From assembly GCF_006345805.1 (NCBI RefSeq), contig NC_043004.1, positions 15,934,001 through 15,998,000 of the forward strand: DNA of 64,000 nt, written 5' to 3'. Position 1 is the first letter of the stretch. Every line of letters begins with the position of its first letter. Made by a program: the position numbers and the translations under genes. This document shows, piece by piece, positions 51,798 to 64,000 of this stretch. The notes beneath the pieces are model-generated. The model was given only the letters and a program-made list of their open reading frames with translations. It was not told the origin of the DNA and made no database searches. Origin of the DNA: Octopus sinensis (Eukaryota).

Positions 51798-52156
51798 TAC
51801 AGATTAACAAATTTCTCACAAAGCACTTTTCGAGTATATGTGGCCAAACCACTTATTTTTTCAGGTTCCCAATTTGATCGCATCTCCCTAATCAATGTTT
51901 TTCTAGCTCAGTAATGATACGTTTATGATTCCTCGCATACGATTTGGTACTAACATACGGACATAGCGGGGAACCTACAAACATTTCTGAGAATATTCAT
52001 GTGACTATCCTCTACCAATCAAACCCTCTTCAAAACTTTGTGCCATGAACTGCCTATAAAAATAGGGCGAGCTTCACACGCTAGTCAGAAGGAAGATAGC
52101 TGTGACATAAGCCACATCTTTCTATTTGAACTTTTTGAAAATCAGTGTAAGCTGGG

Positions 52157-52380
52157 AAACCGGTTAAAGCTTTAAATATATTAATAATAAAAATATATTT
52201 TAACTATTCTCAGTGTATTTCCAACTCTTATTATTCTTGTATATATATATATGTGAGTGTGTGTCTATGTGTGTGTGTGTGAAACCGTTTAAAGCTTTAA
52301 ATATATTAATAAAAATATTTTAACTATTCTCAGTGTATTTCCAACTCCTATTTTTCCTGTATATATATGTGTGTGTGTAT
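52157..52380. repeat. 125-bp local tandem duplication ending in (TA)/(TG)
   Basis: AAACCG.TTAAAGCTTTAAATATATTAATA..TTTAACTATTCTCAGTGTATTTCCAACTC at 52157 and 52282. Confidence 0.9.
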
Positions 52381-52423
52381 ATATGTGTGTGTGTGTATAT
52401 GTGTGTGTGCATGGGTATGTGTG

Positions 52424-52454
<31 letters not shown>

Positions 52455-52459
52455 TTGTC

Positions 52460-53310
52460 TGTGTAAAAATATGGAAAGAAGTGAAGGGGGTATAGTGAAC
52501 TTGCCGTGAGGAGTGGAATATACAACGTTTCGGATTCAATCATTCGTCAGAAAGCATTGAAAGAGAAAAAAAGGAGAATAAAGTCAAACAGAGTTTACAT
52601 CCTCCCAGCTTGAAAAACTGCCAGCAACTTATAATGGACGCAGAATAATGCGGGCTGCTGATGTGAAACAGAAGTTATAGGAGATGGTGTGCATATAGGA
52701 GGAGGAAAAAGGTGGAGAGAGTAGAGGTAAGTTAATATGAGAATGTCACAGAGAGAGTGTGGATGGAGGATTAAAAAGGGTAAAAACGAATTAAGAGGAG
52801 GTAAAAGGATGAAAGGAAACACGTTAATTCATACCTTTTTGTGGACATAGTACCAAGATCAAATATGAGATGTTGCTTTTTTCGTTTCCTGAAGAAGGGG
52901 GATCCGTAGTGCAATGCCATACCACACACTGATAAATATGCAATAGAATGATTCAAAGTGTTGAAGTGTGTGGCGACAGGTCGGCCTGGCATACGAAGCG
53001 TTATGGTTCTGATGTGTTAGCGAATACGATACCCAAGACGCCGTCCTGTTTCTTCAATGTAAAGCGCATTGCAGACTTTGCATGCAATGCAATATGAGAT
53101 TGGCCAAATTGCAACATTAGTGGTGTATTATATGATATTGCTTATTGGGCCCCGTGATGGTGATAATATTGTTGATGTAGGGGCATGTGTTACATCGTCG
53201 GCGAGAACATTTAAAGATTCCTGGTTTTGCGGAGCTGGGAGCTGTGAAGTTTCTAAGAAGGAGATTTCTAAGACTCTCATTTTTTTAAAGACAGGAGAGT
53301 TGGTGTGGAA
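52460..53310 (-). pseudogene. Penelope-like element 3' part (Cys-rich linker + GIY-YIG, Neptune-like) with decayed hammerhead
   Basis: Minus strand RCNTCPYIN, YCIACKVCNALYIEETGRRLGYRIR*H, PVATHFNTLNHS...HLIFDLGTM. The 3' region has CTGACGA-A-TGATTGAATCC-GAAACGTT at ~52523-52550 with stem I unpaired. Confidence 0.85.
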
Positions 53311-53398
53311 CATATATATATATATATATTGGTAAAAACGGTGAGATAACAAAAGAAAGAAAGAGACCTCAATATTATGTAAATAGAGGAAATTTATC

Positions 53399-53524
53399 TA
53401 TAAAATAATATGTTACATTACTCAATAGTCAAGATAAAACTCTGAGTTTCAGATGCCGAAGTGGAAATCCACACCATCTCTTCGGTTATCTTGACTATTG
53501 AGTAATGTAACATATTATTTTATA
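53399..53524. repeat. Perfect 39-bp inverted repeat around a 48-nt hammerhead-like loop
   Basis: 53399-53437 TATAAAATAATATGTTACATTACTCAATAGTCAAGATAA is the exact reverse complement of 53486-53524. Confidence 0.95.
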
Positions 53525-55699
53525 TATATGGGGGTATGTATACACGTACGTATGTCTGTATAAATTTGATTATATCTTGAATAGACTGTGTCAGTAGATT
53601 TTCCCTATGCGTCCATGAATAGTCTTTCGCTATTCTTCTATACTTGTTTCATATCTCAGATTTCTTGCCCAACAATGAAGGTGCTTAGTGGATATAAAAC
53701 AGAATATTTAAGTCTTGTATGAATGTTTACTTTTTTTCACTCAAATAAACCATTTATGCTTTTAATTTATTTTTCTCTGATATATTAAATTCTACAGGCC
53801 TTTGAACCCTAAAATATAAATATTCTCCTACCTCTAGACAAAGATACTAGGAGAAATAGATGTATGCCTGTATGCTCCGTTTGAAGATTTGTATGACTCG
53901 AGTTGTTGAAAATGGTGCGAGCTGCCAAGAGCTGAAAATGGAAGGTAGTATTTTAATATCCACAAATTTATTTGGGTAATGAACAACAATGTGCATTAAG
54001 GGGTTTTCAAGCTATTCATGAAACCTAACGATTTTATGATATATGTAGACAATGAAAGTAGTCGTACAATTTGTATTCCTACGAATCTGCTCATATACCG
54101 GACAAACAAATTTATACGTTCTCGACTGATGGATGAGCATTTAAAAGAAATGCGAATGTGTTATAACAATATGAAGGAATCTAGTCGCTTTACGAAAGCC
54201 ATTGAATATAATAAACAATGCAATTCAGTAATAGGAAAAGGGGGGGGGGATTTTTAATGGAATGTCCATACACTTAGAAATAATGGGAGTAAGGCAATAG
54301 ACAAAACATCTTTTAAACGTATAAGAATAAACTTTGCATTTCAGTATAAGGATAGAACATTTATCATTCAAATTCATCTAAAATGATATATTTTACTGAA
54401 ACTGAGTCATCAACGCTCGTAAACAATAGGAACATTATGAATAGTTACAAAAATCACAATATTGGACACAGAGTAAGATTATATTTTCTATATGTGTATC
54501 CCCAATTGCAGAAATATGTTTCCCCAAACTCTATGTATATGGAGGGAGATGTTCCTAGTCACCCCCCTTTATATCAATATCATAAACGACTGCTGTTGTT
54601 CCCACACATGTTATGATTGGTACAATTTTAATTCAACCTATTTCTATATATAATATATAGATCTGTTTGAACACAAAGTGTTTCTCCGTATTGTAGAACT
54701 ACACATATCTTTTATATGCATGCATAACTATTTATGTACGCATATATATTTGTAAATATATTCATACACAAACATGCTCAAAGCACAATGCGTGTGAGAG
54801 TACTTACTTTGTGTGTGCGTGTGTGTACTCGTTGTTATATATTGAATGTCTACAAATGAAACCTTAGCAAATAATTGCTCCGAATTTCTCGCTTCTTTGA
54901 CGAACACCAACAACAAAATGAAATTTTAATAGAATATCGATGGCGACTGAATCTCAAAGTAAGCGTGGTGCGCGCAAACATACAAAACTAAAGATATTAC
55001 GTAAGAAATTCATGCGATGCAAATGAGAAACTCCTTCTTAAAAATGTACAAAACACTTTTCAGTACAGCAAATTAATAACAATAGTGAATAATAACAAGT
55101 CAACAGAAATAATAACAGTGGAGATCGAACGTATTCCGGTGAGATGGTTCAATATCACTATTTAATAGACTTCATCTGCTATAGGAGGTAATAGTTTTGA
55201 AGGCATGTAGTACGATGTGTGCTTTCAAGAAAATCAATAATTCTTATATTTAGATCAAACCTTGAGCAAGTTAGAAACAAAATCAAAGAAAAATATTTCG
55301 AGTAGAAAATACATCAAACAAATGAAGGATGAGAACCATAGCTGGATGGTTTAGTCCGCTGCAAATTCTACCAGATTGTGTTTATAGACTTTTATTATTT
55401 CTATTTCCTTTTGCACGTTCTGACTTTACGTTTAATGTCATACGTGCCTTCTGCCAGAAATCATTAACACCTCAGTTTTCTTTCTCTTTCTCTTGTGTGC
55501 TTCTTATAATTTTTCTTCTTCTTCCTCATCATTATTTTCTTTACTACAATTCTTCTGCTTTCAATCATCACCTTCCTTCCTTCCTTTCCTTCTTCTTCTT
55601 CTTCTTCTTCTTCTTCTTCTTCTTCTTCTTCTTCTTCTTCTCTTCTTCTTCTTCTTCTTCTTCTTCTTCTTCTTGTTATTATTATTTTTATTTTTATTA

Positions 55700-55731
<32 letters not shown>

Positions 55732-56284
55732 GAGTGAGCGAGCAGAGCATGCCATCAAAGTGACACTGGGGTAAAATATACGAAGCCCAGTATACCCATC
55801 ATGACTACCCGTCTGATAAGGGTACACCAGGCACATGCATCACAACCATATGTGCGCGACATGGTGATCTCATATCAAGATAAACAGCACATGACCTTGC
55901 AGGTGGGGCCCAGTTAGAATTTTCTTCAGGTTGAGTAGCCCATCCCGCTCAAACGGTCCCTGAATAAGGGTTGTTTAAGGATGTTGAAAGAACCACCCAT
56001 GTTTCCAGAGGTGAACTATTCAAACCCCAAAGAATCCCTCTCAACACATGGCTATGATGCTCCCCCACTACTTCTGCTCGTGCTCAGAGATGCACATATC
56101 GTCAGCCACTAAGGGACATGCTCAACTGGTTAAGGTCAAACAACTGACAAGCAAATCTGTGGTATTGAGCAGAATATTTGCTGTAGCCCATCTTTTATAC
56201 CAAGACAAAACAATGTACATGATAACACTTCCAATCAGTTAAGATCAGAAGCCATGAGAGCCACTGCCTGGTACTGCATCAGGG

Positions 56285-56286
<2 letters not shown>
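55732..56286 (-). mobile_element. ~555-bp non-coding interspersed element embedded in (TAA)n (copy 1)
   Basis: A complex-sequence island with sharp ends (TAATAAT|GCCCTGATGCAGTACCAGG...GCTCGCTCACTC|AATAATAAT on the minus strand), no meaningful ORF, and (TTA)n on both sides. Orientation is inferred. Confidence 0.6.
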
Positions 56287-56350
<64 letters not shown>

Positions 56351-56352
56351 CA

Positions 56353-56416
<64 letters not shown>

Positions 56417-57510
56417 TATCATTGTTATTATTATTATCTCTATTATTATTAATCGTTTTCACTGTGCTTATTGAGCTAACTATGGAAATATTTCGCCGCA
56501 TTTCTGAAGCTCTATTTCCATATGCCATCGTATTTCGAGTTCTCATCTTTTGCCTCTTACTCTTAAAAACATCCCGTTAGAACAACCTTTATTCATTTGT
56601 TTCTCTTATTCTTGATCAGTGTATACCCTTCAGAACGTTCATACATCGCTAAATCTCACCTCTTCCTTTTTAAATCTCTGTAAACTTTCATCTAATAAAT
56701 ATTAGATATAAATTCATATTCGTTCATTCGTTCATATTTTACAAATACTTTGCGTAGTTGTTTTGCTGTACCCAGAGATCTGAAATGGAAAACTCCGAGT
56801 AAAAATTTGAATATTGTGAACACCTTTTCATAGACGTTACTTAGCGTAATACATACACACACACACACACGTACACACACACGCATGCGCACACTACATG
56901 CACATACATATATTCATATAACTTCATATAGAAACATACACGTATGTATATATATATATATTATATATATATATATATAATATATATATATATAATTAAT
57001 CAATATATATATTATATATATATAATATATATATATATAGAAACAAAATCAAAGAAAAATATTTCGAGTAGAAAATACATCAAACAAATGAAGGATGAGA
57101 ACCATAGCTGGATGGTTTAGTCCGCTGCAAATTCTACCAGATTGTGTTTATAGACTTTTATTATTTCTATTTCCTTTTGCACGTTCTGACTTTACGTTTA
57201 ATGTCATACGTGCCTTCTGCCAGAAATCATTAACACCTCAGTTTTCTTTCTCTTTCTCTTGTGTGCTTCTTATAATTTTTCTTCTTCTTCCTCATCATTA
57301 TTTTCTTTACTACAATTCTTCTGCTTTCAATCATCACCTTCCTTCCTTCCTTTCCTTCTTCTTCTTCTTCTTCTTCTTCTTCTTCTTCTTCTTCTTCTTC
57401 TTCTTCTTCTTCTTCTTCTTCTTCTTCTTCTTCTTCTTCTTCTCTTCTTCTTCTTCTTCTTCTTCTTCTTATTATTATTATTATTATTATTATTATTTTT
57501 ATTTTTATTA

Positions 57511-57542
<32 letters not shown>

Positions 57543-58094
57543 GAGTGAGCGAGCAGAGCATGCCATCAAAGTGACACTGGGGTAAAATATACGAAGCCCA
57601 GTATACCCATCATGACTACCCGTCTGATAGGGTACACCAGGCACATGCATCACAACCATATGTGCGCGACATGGTGATCTCATATCAAGATAAACAGCAC
57701 ATGACCTTGCAGGTGGGGCCCAGTTAGAATTTTCTTCAGGTTGAGTAGCCCATCCCGCTCAAATGGTCCCTGAATAAGGGTTGTTTAAGGATGTTGAAAG
57801 AACCACCCATGTTTCCAGAGGTGACTATTCAAACCCCAAAGAATCCCTCTCAACACATGGCTATGATGCTCCCCCACTACTTCTGCTCGTGCTCAGAGAT
57901 GCACATATCGTCAGCCACTAAGGGACATGCTCAACTGGTTAAGGTCAAACAACTGACAGCAAATCTGTGGTATTGAGCAGAATATTTGCTGTAGCCCATC
58001 TTTTATACCAAGACAAAACAATGTACATGATAACACTTCCAATCAGTTAAGATCAGAAGCCATGAGAGCCACTGCCTGGTACTGCATCAGGGCA
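57543..58094 (-). mobile_element. Same (TAA)n-embedded element (copy 2, within the duplication)
   Basis: Near-identical to 55732-56286. Confidence 0.6.
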
Positions 58095-58103
58095 TTATTA
58101 TTA

Positions 58104-58144
<41 letters not shown>

Positions 58145-58146
58145 CA

Positions 58147-58192
<46 letters not shown>

Positions 58193-58738
58193 TATTATTA
58201 TTATATTATTATCATTGTTATTATTATTATCTCTATTATTATTAATCGTTTTCACTGTGCTTATTGAGCTAACTATGGAAATATTTCGCCGCATTTCTGA
58301 AGCTCTATTTCCATATGCCATCGTATTTCGAGTTCTCATCTTTTGCCTCTTACTCTTAAAAACATCCGTTAGAACAACCTTTATTCATTTGTTTCTTATT
58401 CTTGATCAGTGTATACCCTTCAGAACGTTCATACATCGCTAAATCTCACCTCTTCCTTTTTAAATCTCTGTAAACTTTCATCTAATAAATATTAGATATA
58501 AATTCATATTCGTTCATTCGTTCATATTTTACAAATACTTTGCGTAGTTGTTTTGCTGTACCCAGAGATCTGAAATGGAAAACTCCGAGTAAAAATTTGA
58601 ATATTGTGAACACCTTTTCATAGACGTTACTTAGCGTAATACATACACACACACACACACACGTACACACACACGCATGCGCACACTACATGCACATACA
58701 TATATTCATATAACTTCATATAGAAACATACACGTATG

Positions 58739-58785
<47 letters not shown>

Positions 58786-58802
58786 ATTATCAATATATAT
58801 AT

Positions 58803-58866
<64 letters not shown>

Positions 58867-58899
58867 AACGTACTGGCAGGGTCCTGAGCCTAAGTAATG

Positions 58900-59650
58900 T
58901 AGTGCCAGTGAAATGGTTCAAAAATTTTTAATTCTTTTCTCTGTTGTCCCAGGAAAATTAACATTGCATTATTTACAGCATTTCTTATAACCTTTTGCTC
59001 TTCTTTGCAATTAACGCTATCTTTTTCCATGTAATTTCATAACGATCTGCCACTGAATTGTGATGTCGTTTGATGAAATCTTTAAGGCAGATTTTCGAGC
59101 ACCTTCTTCGACGACTTCCACAATTTAGCATACTAAAAGAGCTCAACTTTTAACATTCCTGAGTCTTCCATATTTACCACATGATCCACACTTCACACCT
59201 GCGAATTTATCTGCAGAGACATATCACGAAGTGTATTTCCACTCTACAGGACGTCCTGATTCGAAAGCTTGAATATAGATTATATCTAGTTGATCTAACA
59301 GTTGATCTAATATATCTGATATACTGATAATAAAGCGTGTAGGTCTTAGACGAAAACAAAAAAAAGAAGTTATTTTTGCCTTCTACATAAACTTTGTATT
59401 TTGGTGGCAATATTTTTAGCGTTATTGTTACAGTTGTTCTTTGACTTATCCGAATACAACCTTAGTTGAATGTAAGTAATCATCCACTTCTACATCCAGG
59501 TTGTTGCCGTCAGAAATCCTAGTATCCCAATATATGGAGTTTTTGCCTTAGTTAGAGGCTGGCTTATAGTCAAGATTATCAGAGATTAGTTACTTCACTC
59601 AGTATTCCTAGTCTGTTGTACATTTGTTGATTAACCGAAAGCTGACACCG
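58900..59650 (-). pseudogene. Very old RLE-type LINE remnant
   Basis: Minus-strand fragments KCGSCGKYG and FIKRHHNSVA resemble the CCHC/RHN segment preceding RLE endonucleases. Many stops. Confidence 0.4.
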
Positions 59651-60686
59651 TGCATTCAATCCGGTGTGTAATTTTCTAGTATCCTATACGGATTGAGCCG
59701 CTAGAACTAAGTTACCAACGAAGAAACGCATGCGAGTACACATAAGCCGGCAATTTTCGGTATATCTTAGTCTACATATATTAGTCTACAATCCGTCATC
59801 AAGTCTTCTGCGGATATACTCAGCTATTTTGTGCTCACTTACAATCTTTTAAAGGACAACAACCAGAAATAATAGAAGGAGCTTTGAGGTGAATACACAA
59901 TCCTGTTCAAATCCATGACCGTGTAGAATAGGGAACAAACTCTCAAGCCAAGCTAGGCCAAAAGCAGATATAGCATATTGACATTGGTTGAAAATCTCCA
60001 GAAATTATCCTGTTGTCCATATATTTTGAGAAGAGTCAAGGATAAAATAATGGCTATAGAGGTGGTCCAATGATGACTGGCAGCTTCCTCTGTACATATG
60101 TATATTCGTGTATGTGTATTTTCGTAGGAGAATATAGGTGTGTAAGTGCCGTGTGGGTGGGTGAATGTGTGTGTGATTATGCACGTGCATATATGTTTGT
60201 GAATGAGTTAGCGAGAACAAGAGAGAGAGAGAGAAGAGATTGTTTATAGCTTTTGTTTGCTCCGACGGTGGAATTTCGCTCTTCCAGAAAAAAGCGAGGA
60301 ATAGAATACATAAAGATATTATCGATTAACCTCTTCCGTGTTGTGGCCAGCTTAAACAATGGAGGGCGTAAATAAAAGCATAAAAGAACATACATATGCA
60401 CACAGATGAGCGCACAAATATACACTTAAATGCGTACATACATATACATTTACATATATATATGCATCTCTCACTCTGTATCTCTCTCTAAGTGTATGTG
60501 GGGAGATGTTTGTGTGTTAGATGGAGAGAGATAAATAGACAGACAGACATTAAGTGAGAGCTATTACACGAAGTAATGGTTTAATGAATTGAACTTAAAC
60601 TCTGAATTATTCATTCAGGACTATGTCCTCTCTGCCAAGGGTGGTTATAAGCGAAATCCAGTCCAGTTGATCTACATATCTCTCTC

Positions 60687-60730
<44 letters not shown>

Positions 60731-60793
60731 TATATTGTATTGGTTTATGATTTTCACTGTTTGATTTGCCTAATAGTGGTTTTATCTCTAATT

Positions 60794-60832
<39 letters not shown>

Positions 60833-61469
60833 TACACACATACATGGTTTAAATTATATGGTGCATTTTCCACAAACAAGTGAATCACATTAATTTGTGG
60901 GTGAAAAACATAATCACAATATTCTTCACATAAGAGACCGTCACTTTATTTTTGTGTATGCAAAACAATAGATTCGCTAGAACATGTGTTTTCAATAATA
61001 TCCTACGTTTTATGAATGGAAAACAAGTGCAGACATCTTTTGAGTTCTTCAGAATATTCTAGATATTCATTTAAACAATGCTAGCAATGTAAACTAAGAT
61101 TAACTATTCTGACATCGACAGAGACACCATTACGTTTTATTGCCAAATTACTTTTATCTTCTCCGTTAAATCTACTGTTTTTCACTTTATTAATAGACGA
61201 AGTTATCGATGTGTTAGTTCATAACTAAGCGTAAAATATAAAAGTATATCAATGCGATGTATATCGCATGGGCTTTATCAAAATCTATTAACTATGTATG
61301 AAATAGCTTAAGCACTGCAACTGAACGAGAGTAAACATTAATCAAGAAGTCCGTAGTAAAACATGCTTATGAAATTAAGAGTTACTTGCAGGGTATGGCA
61401 ACGTAGTATTTATATATTTAAAATATTATAGCAGATTGTTTGGTTTGAATTTTGATTAGCCAAATATAT

Positions 61470-62440
61470 AGTGGGGTTGTTAGAAACCCAACTAGCTCTT
61501 CGTCATTTCTAACAAACAGTTTCAACTCGTCCATATAAAACAGATGGTTCATAGTCTTATTGTAAGATTTGATCCCATACCTGGTGTTATTTAGTTCGTT
61601 TGAGAGTGGTATCAGTGCCATGCAGAAGAGTAATGGGGAGAGGGAGTCACCTTGAAAGATGCCTCGTTTGATGTTGATGTTGTTAGTTTGGCTCATCCCA
61701 TTACTATGGCCATGCTACCTTGCAACTATTTGGAGATGACAGGAAATATCTTATATATCTCAAGGTTGTTGAGTATCCAGTTACGTGGGACACTATTAAA
61801 CACTTTCCTGCAGTCTATTCATGACATACTGAGTTACTTCTTTTTTGCTCCAGCAATTCTCCACAATTATGTCACTTATGAGCATTTGATCTTTGCACCA
61901 TGAAAATTCTTTTTGCAGCCTCTTTGAGTTTGAGGCGGGTTAGATCTCTGTTCAAGGAAAGCGTACATTCTGTCAGTTGATATGGATGTGAGGATCTTGT
62001 AGGTGGTATTGAGAGATGTTATTCGGTAATTCTTTGGATTTCTTGTCATCAGGTTTTGGGAGAAAATTTGTTGTTCCTTCGTGGTGCTAGTATCGACTTC
62101 TCGCGTATGTTGTCTGAAGATATCGTACATTTAAGAAAGAAACAACATCTTGTATGACAAAAGTGTTTTTACTTCCTCTGCTTTAACAGAACTTTTCCCA
62201 CAATTGTATTGCGAAGTTTTCCTTCCATCGCACTGATGCTATTGTATTGAGTTTGCTTTGCGAAGAGGACTTCTTAATGTACGTCGATGTTGTTCTTTAT
62301 TAGCTCCTCTGCTTTAACAGAAATTTTCCCACAGTTTTATTGCGAAGACTTCGTTCCATCGTACCGACGTTATTGGACTGATTTTGTTTTGTGGAGAGAG
62401 CTTCTTAGAGTACGTCCATTCTTCCGCTTCTTCTTCATCT
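61470..62440 (-). pseudogene. R4/Dong-clade RT remnant
   Basis: PKNYRITSLNTTYKILTSI, QRGCKK, INIKRGIFQGDSLSPLLFCMALIPLS..LN, NHLFYMDELKLF (YMDD motif). Adjacent to (TTG)n(TTC)n at 62450-62557. Confidence 0.88.
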
Positions 62441-63784
62441 GCTGTTGCTTGTAGTTGTTGTTGTTGTTGCTGTTGTTCTTCTTCTTCTTCTTCTTCTTCT
62501 TCTTCTTCTTCTTCTTCTTCTTCTTCTTCTTCTTCTTCTTCTTCTTCTTCTTCTTCTACACAATAAAATGTATGTCACCACCAAAATAAACATTGCAATG
62601 ACTAATGAAAGGGTACCTTTCGTAGCAAACGATGGAATCGATCTAGAATTATATTCATTTTCATTCTTCAAAAGTGTTCCTAATCTCCACACCATTATCA
62701 TTTCAATCAACCCCTATCAACTTGTTTAAAATAAGTATCATTCTTTCCCGTCGCCGTTTTCCTATTAGTGTTGAAGTTTAGTAATACTGATATCAATAAT
62801 ATCGAAATATATATGAAGTGCATCTCTTTGATTTACATTGTATATTAATAGACATGAATTCTATTTCTGTGTCAATAAAACAATAAAATACTTCAGTCTT
62901 AATTGACTTCTCTACAGACAAGCACTTATGAAGATTATTAAAACTGGTAGTACACCGAATTTACATAATACAGTTTTCTTTAATACAGTCTTATGTTTCT
63001 CCAGCCACCATCACTCCACATTACTAATTTTATCACAATAAGTTGATTTATATAATTTTACACTTCTTGATACGTATCTCCTTACTTATATCCTGAACAC
63101 GTTATGTCGGATGAAAAATGGTATTACATTCGTTTCATGTAGCTGATATGTATTGCTTAAATTTGGCACAAGAATAAAAGCCTAAACCTATACACAGATC
63201 CTTATGTATTAGTATGATTTATTGACTATTCATAGTTCTCATTATTTCCAACTTGCTGAACTACATTTCATACGTACAGCCGTTGCTATATAACTTGCAT
63301 TATCTTGTATTCTCTAAATTCTATCAGAGACATCACACTATTTCCTAATATTGTTTTCTGTTTATATGCTCATACAACTCCTCTTGCGTTATTCACAACT
63401 CAATGAAGGTGTTATACATGCCTGCATCTTCTACCTTCATTGTATTACTTATATAGTATATTTTAACTCTAATTATATATTCTTACGTAACCAAGACATT
63501 CTATTATCCATGTAAGAAGCTTCACCTGAAACATGAATCAAATATATCGAGCATCAATATACTAGCAACTTGCAAGAAACACAGACGGCATTGCAACCTC
63601 ATTAGAGCGAGGAACTAACATCTCTATTATCTTGCGTGGGTATTAGCTGAAACTAATTGTAGTTGCATTCTTTTAAATAATTTCAAGAGACGAACAGAAG
63701 GACATTAAATATTGTACGTAAATTATTTGGACAATGCGTTGATAACGGCAATCATTCTTAATCATTCTTATAAAGAAATATTGC

Positions 63785-63995
63785 TTTCAAATTTTGGCAC
63801 AAGGCCAGCAATTTCGGGAAAGAACGATTCGAGTACATCGGCTTTAGTACTGAACTGATACTTATTTTATCGACCCCACGAAGATTATAGACAAAGTCGA
63901 CCTCGAAGGGATTTGAATCCAGAACGTTAAGACGGACGAAATGACTCAGATCATTTTGTCCGGTGTGCTAACGAATCTGCCAGCGCGGCGCCTTA
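63785..63995 (-). mobile_element. SINE (Meta-domain-like family)
   Basis: Plus strand TTTTGGCACAAGGCCAGC..TACTTATTTTATCGACCCC..AAAGTCGACCTCG..GATTTGAA..CAGAACGT.AAGACGGACGAAAT..GTGCTAACGAATCTGCCAGC is the reverse complement of the 11989 family. Confidence 0.8.
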
Positions 63996-64000
63996 ATGTA

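Larger units (their letters stand above)
55272..58863. repeat. ~1.77-kb tandem duplication (copy 1 from 55272, copy 2 from 57038)
   Basis: TAGAAACAAAATCAAAGAAAAATATTTCGAG starts both copies. They differ mainly in microsatellite lengths and single-base indels. Confidence 0.97.

Noticed and set aside
56225-56290. HDV-like ribozyme at the 5' end of the TAA-embedded element
   Set aside because: A P3/L3-like segment can be drawn, but no matching P1 helix was found by hand.
62173-62377. ~70-bp direct repeat at 131-bp spacing as a TSD or LTR
   Set aside because: Both copies lie within the R4 remnant and are diverged, so it is most simply an old local duplication.

Overview
AT-rich eukaryotic non-coding DNA, saturated with microsatellites and decayed transposons. 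The SINE and LINE families suggest an octopus/cephalopod genome (inference from recalled family resemblance, not a database search). I found no host protein-coding exon I can support. Most ORFs in the supplied track are read-throughs of (TA)n, (TG)n, (TTA)n, (TTC)n, (TAGA)n or (CATA)n. Recognisable elements: an RTE-clade LINE (16.4-18.6 kb) plus a second RTE 3' fragment, several R4/Dong-type RLE-LINE remnants associated with (TAA)n, Penelope-like elements (RT and GIY-YIG remnants), a degenerate mariner, an internally deleted maT-like element, non-autonomous Helitrons, a Merlin-like MITE with an 8-bp TSD, many tRNA-derived SINEs, and a 1.77-kb tandem duplication that may be an assembly artefact. 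The most interesting signal is a set of type I hammerhead ribozyme (HHR) motifs, folded by hand, from several unrelated non-coding repeat families. Their stem III segments are self-complementary, as expected for dimer-acting HHRs. They include an ~810-bp near-perfect palindrome (34353-35165) with one HHR per arm, and a ~438-bp monomer-plus-partial-repeat unit (327-866) that looks like a retrozyme. Ribozyme activity is untested.
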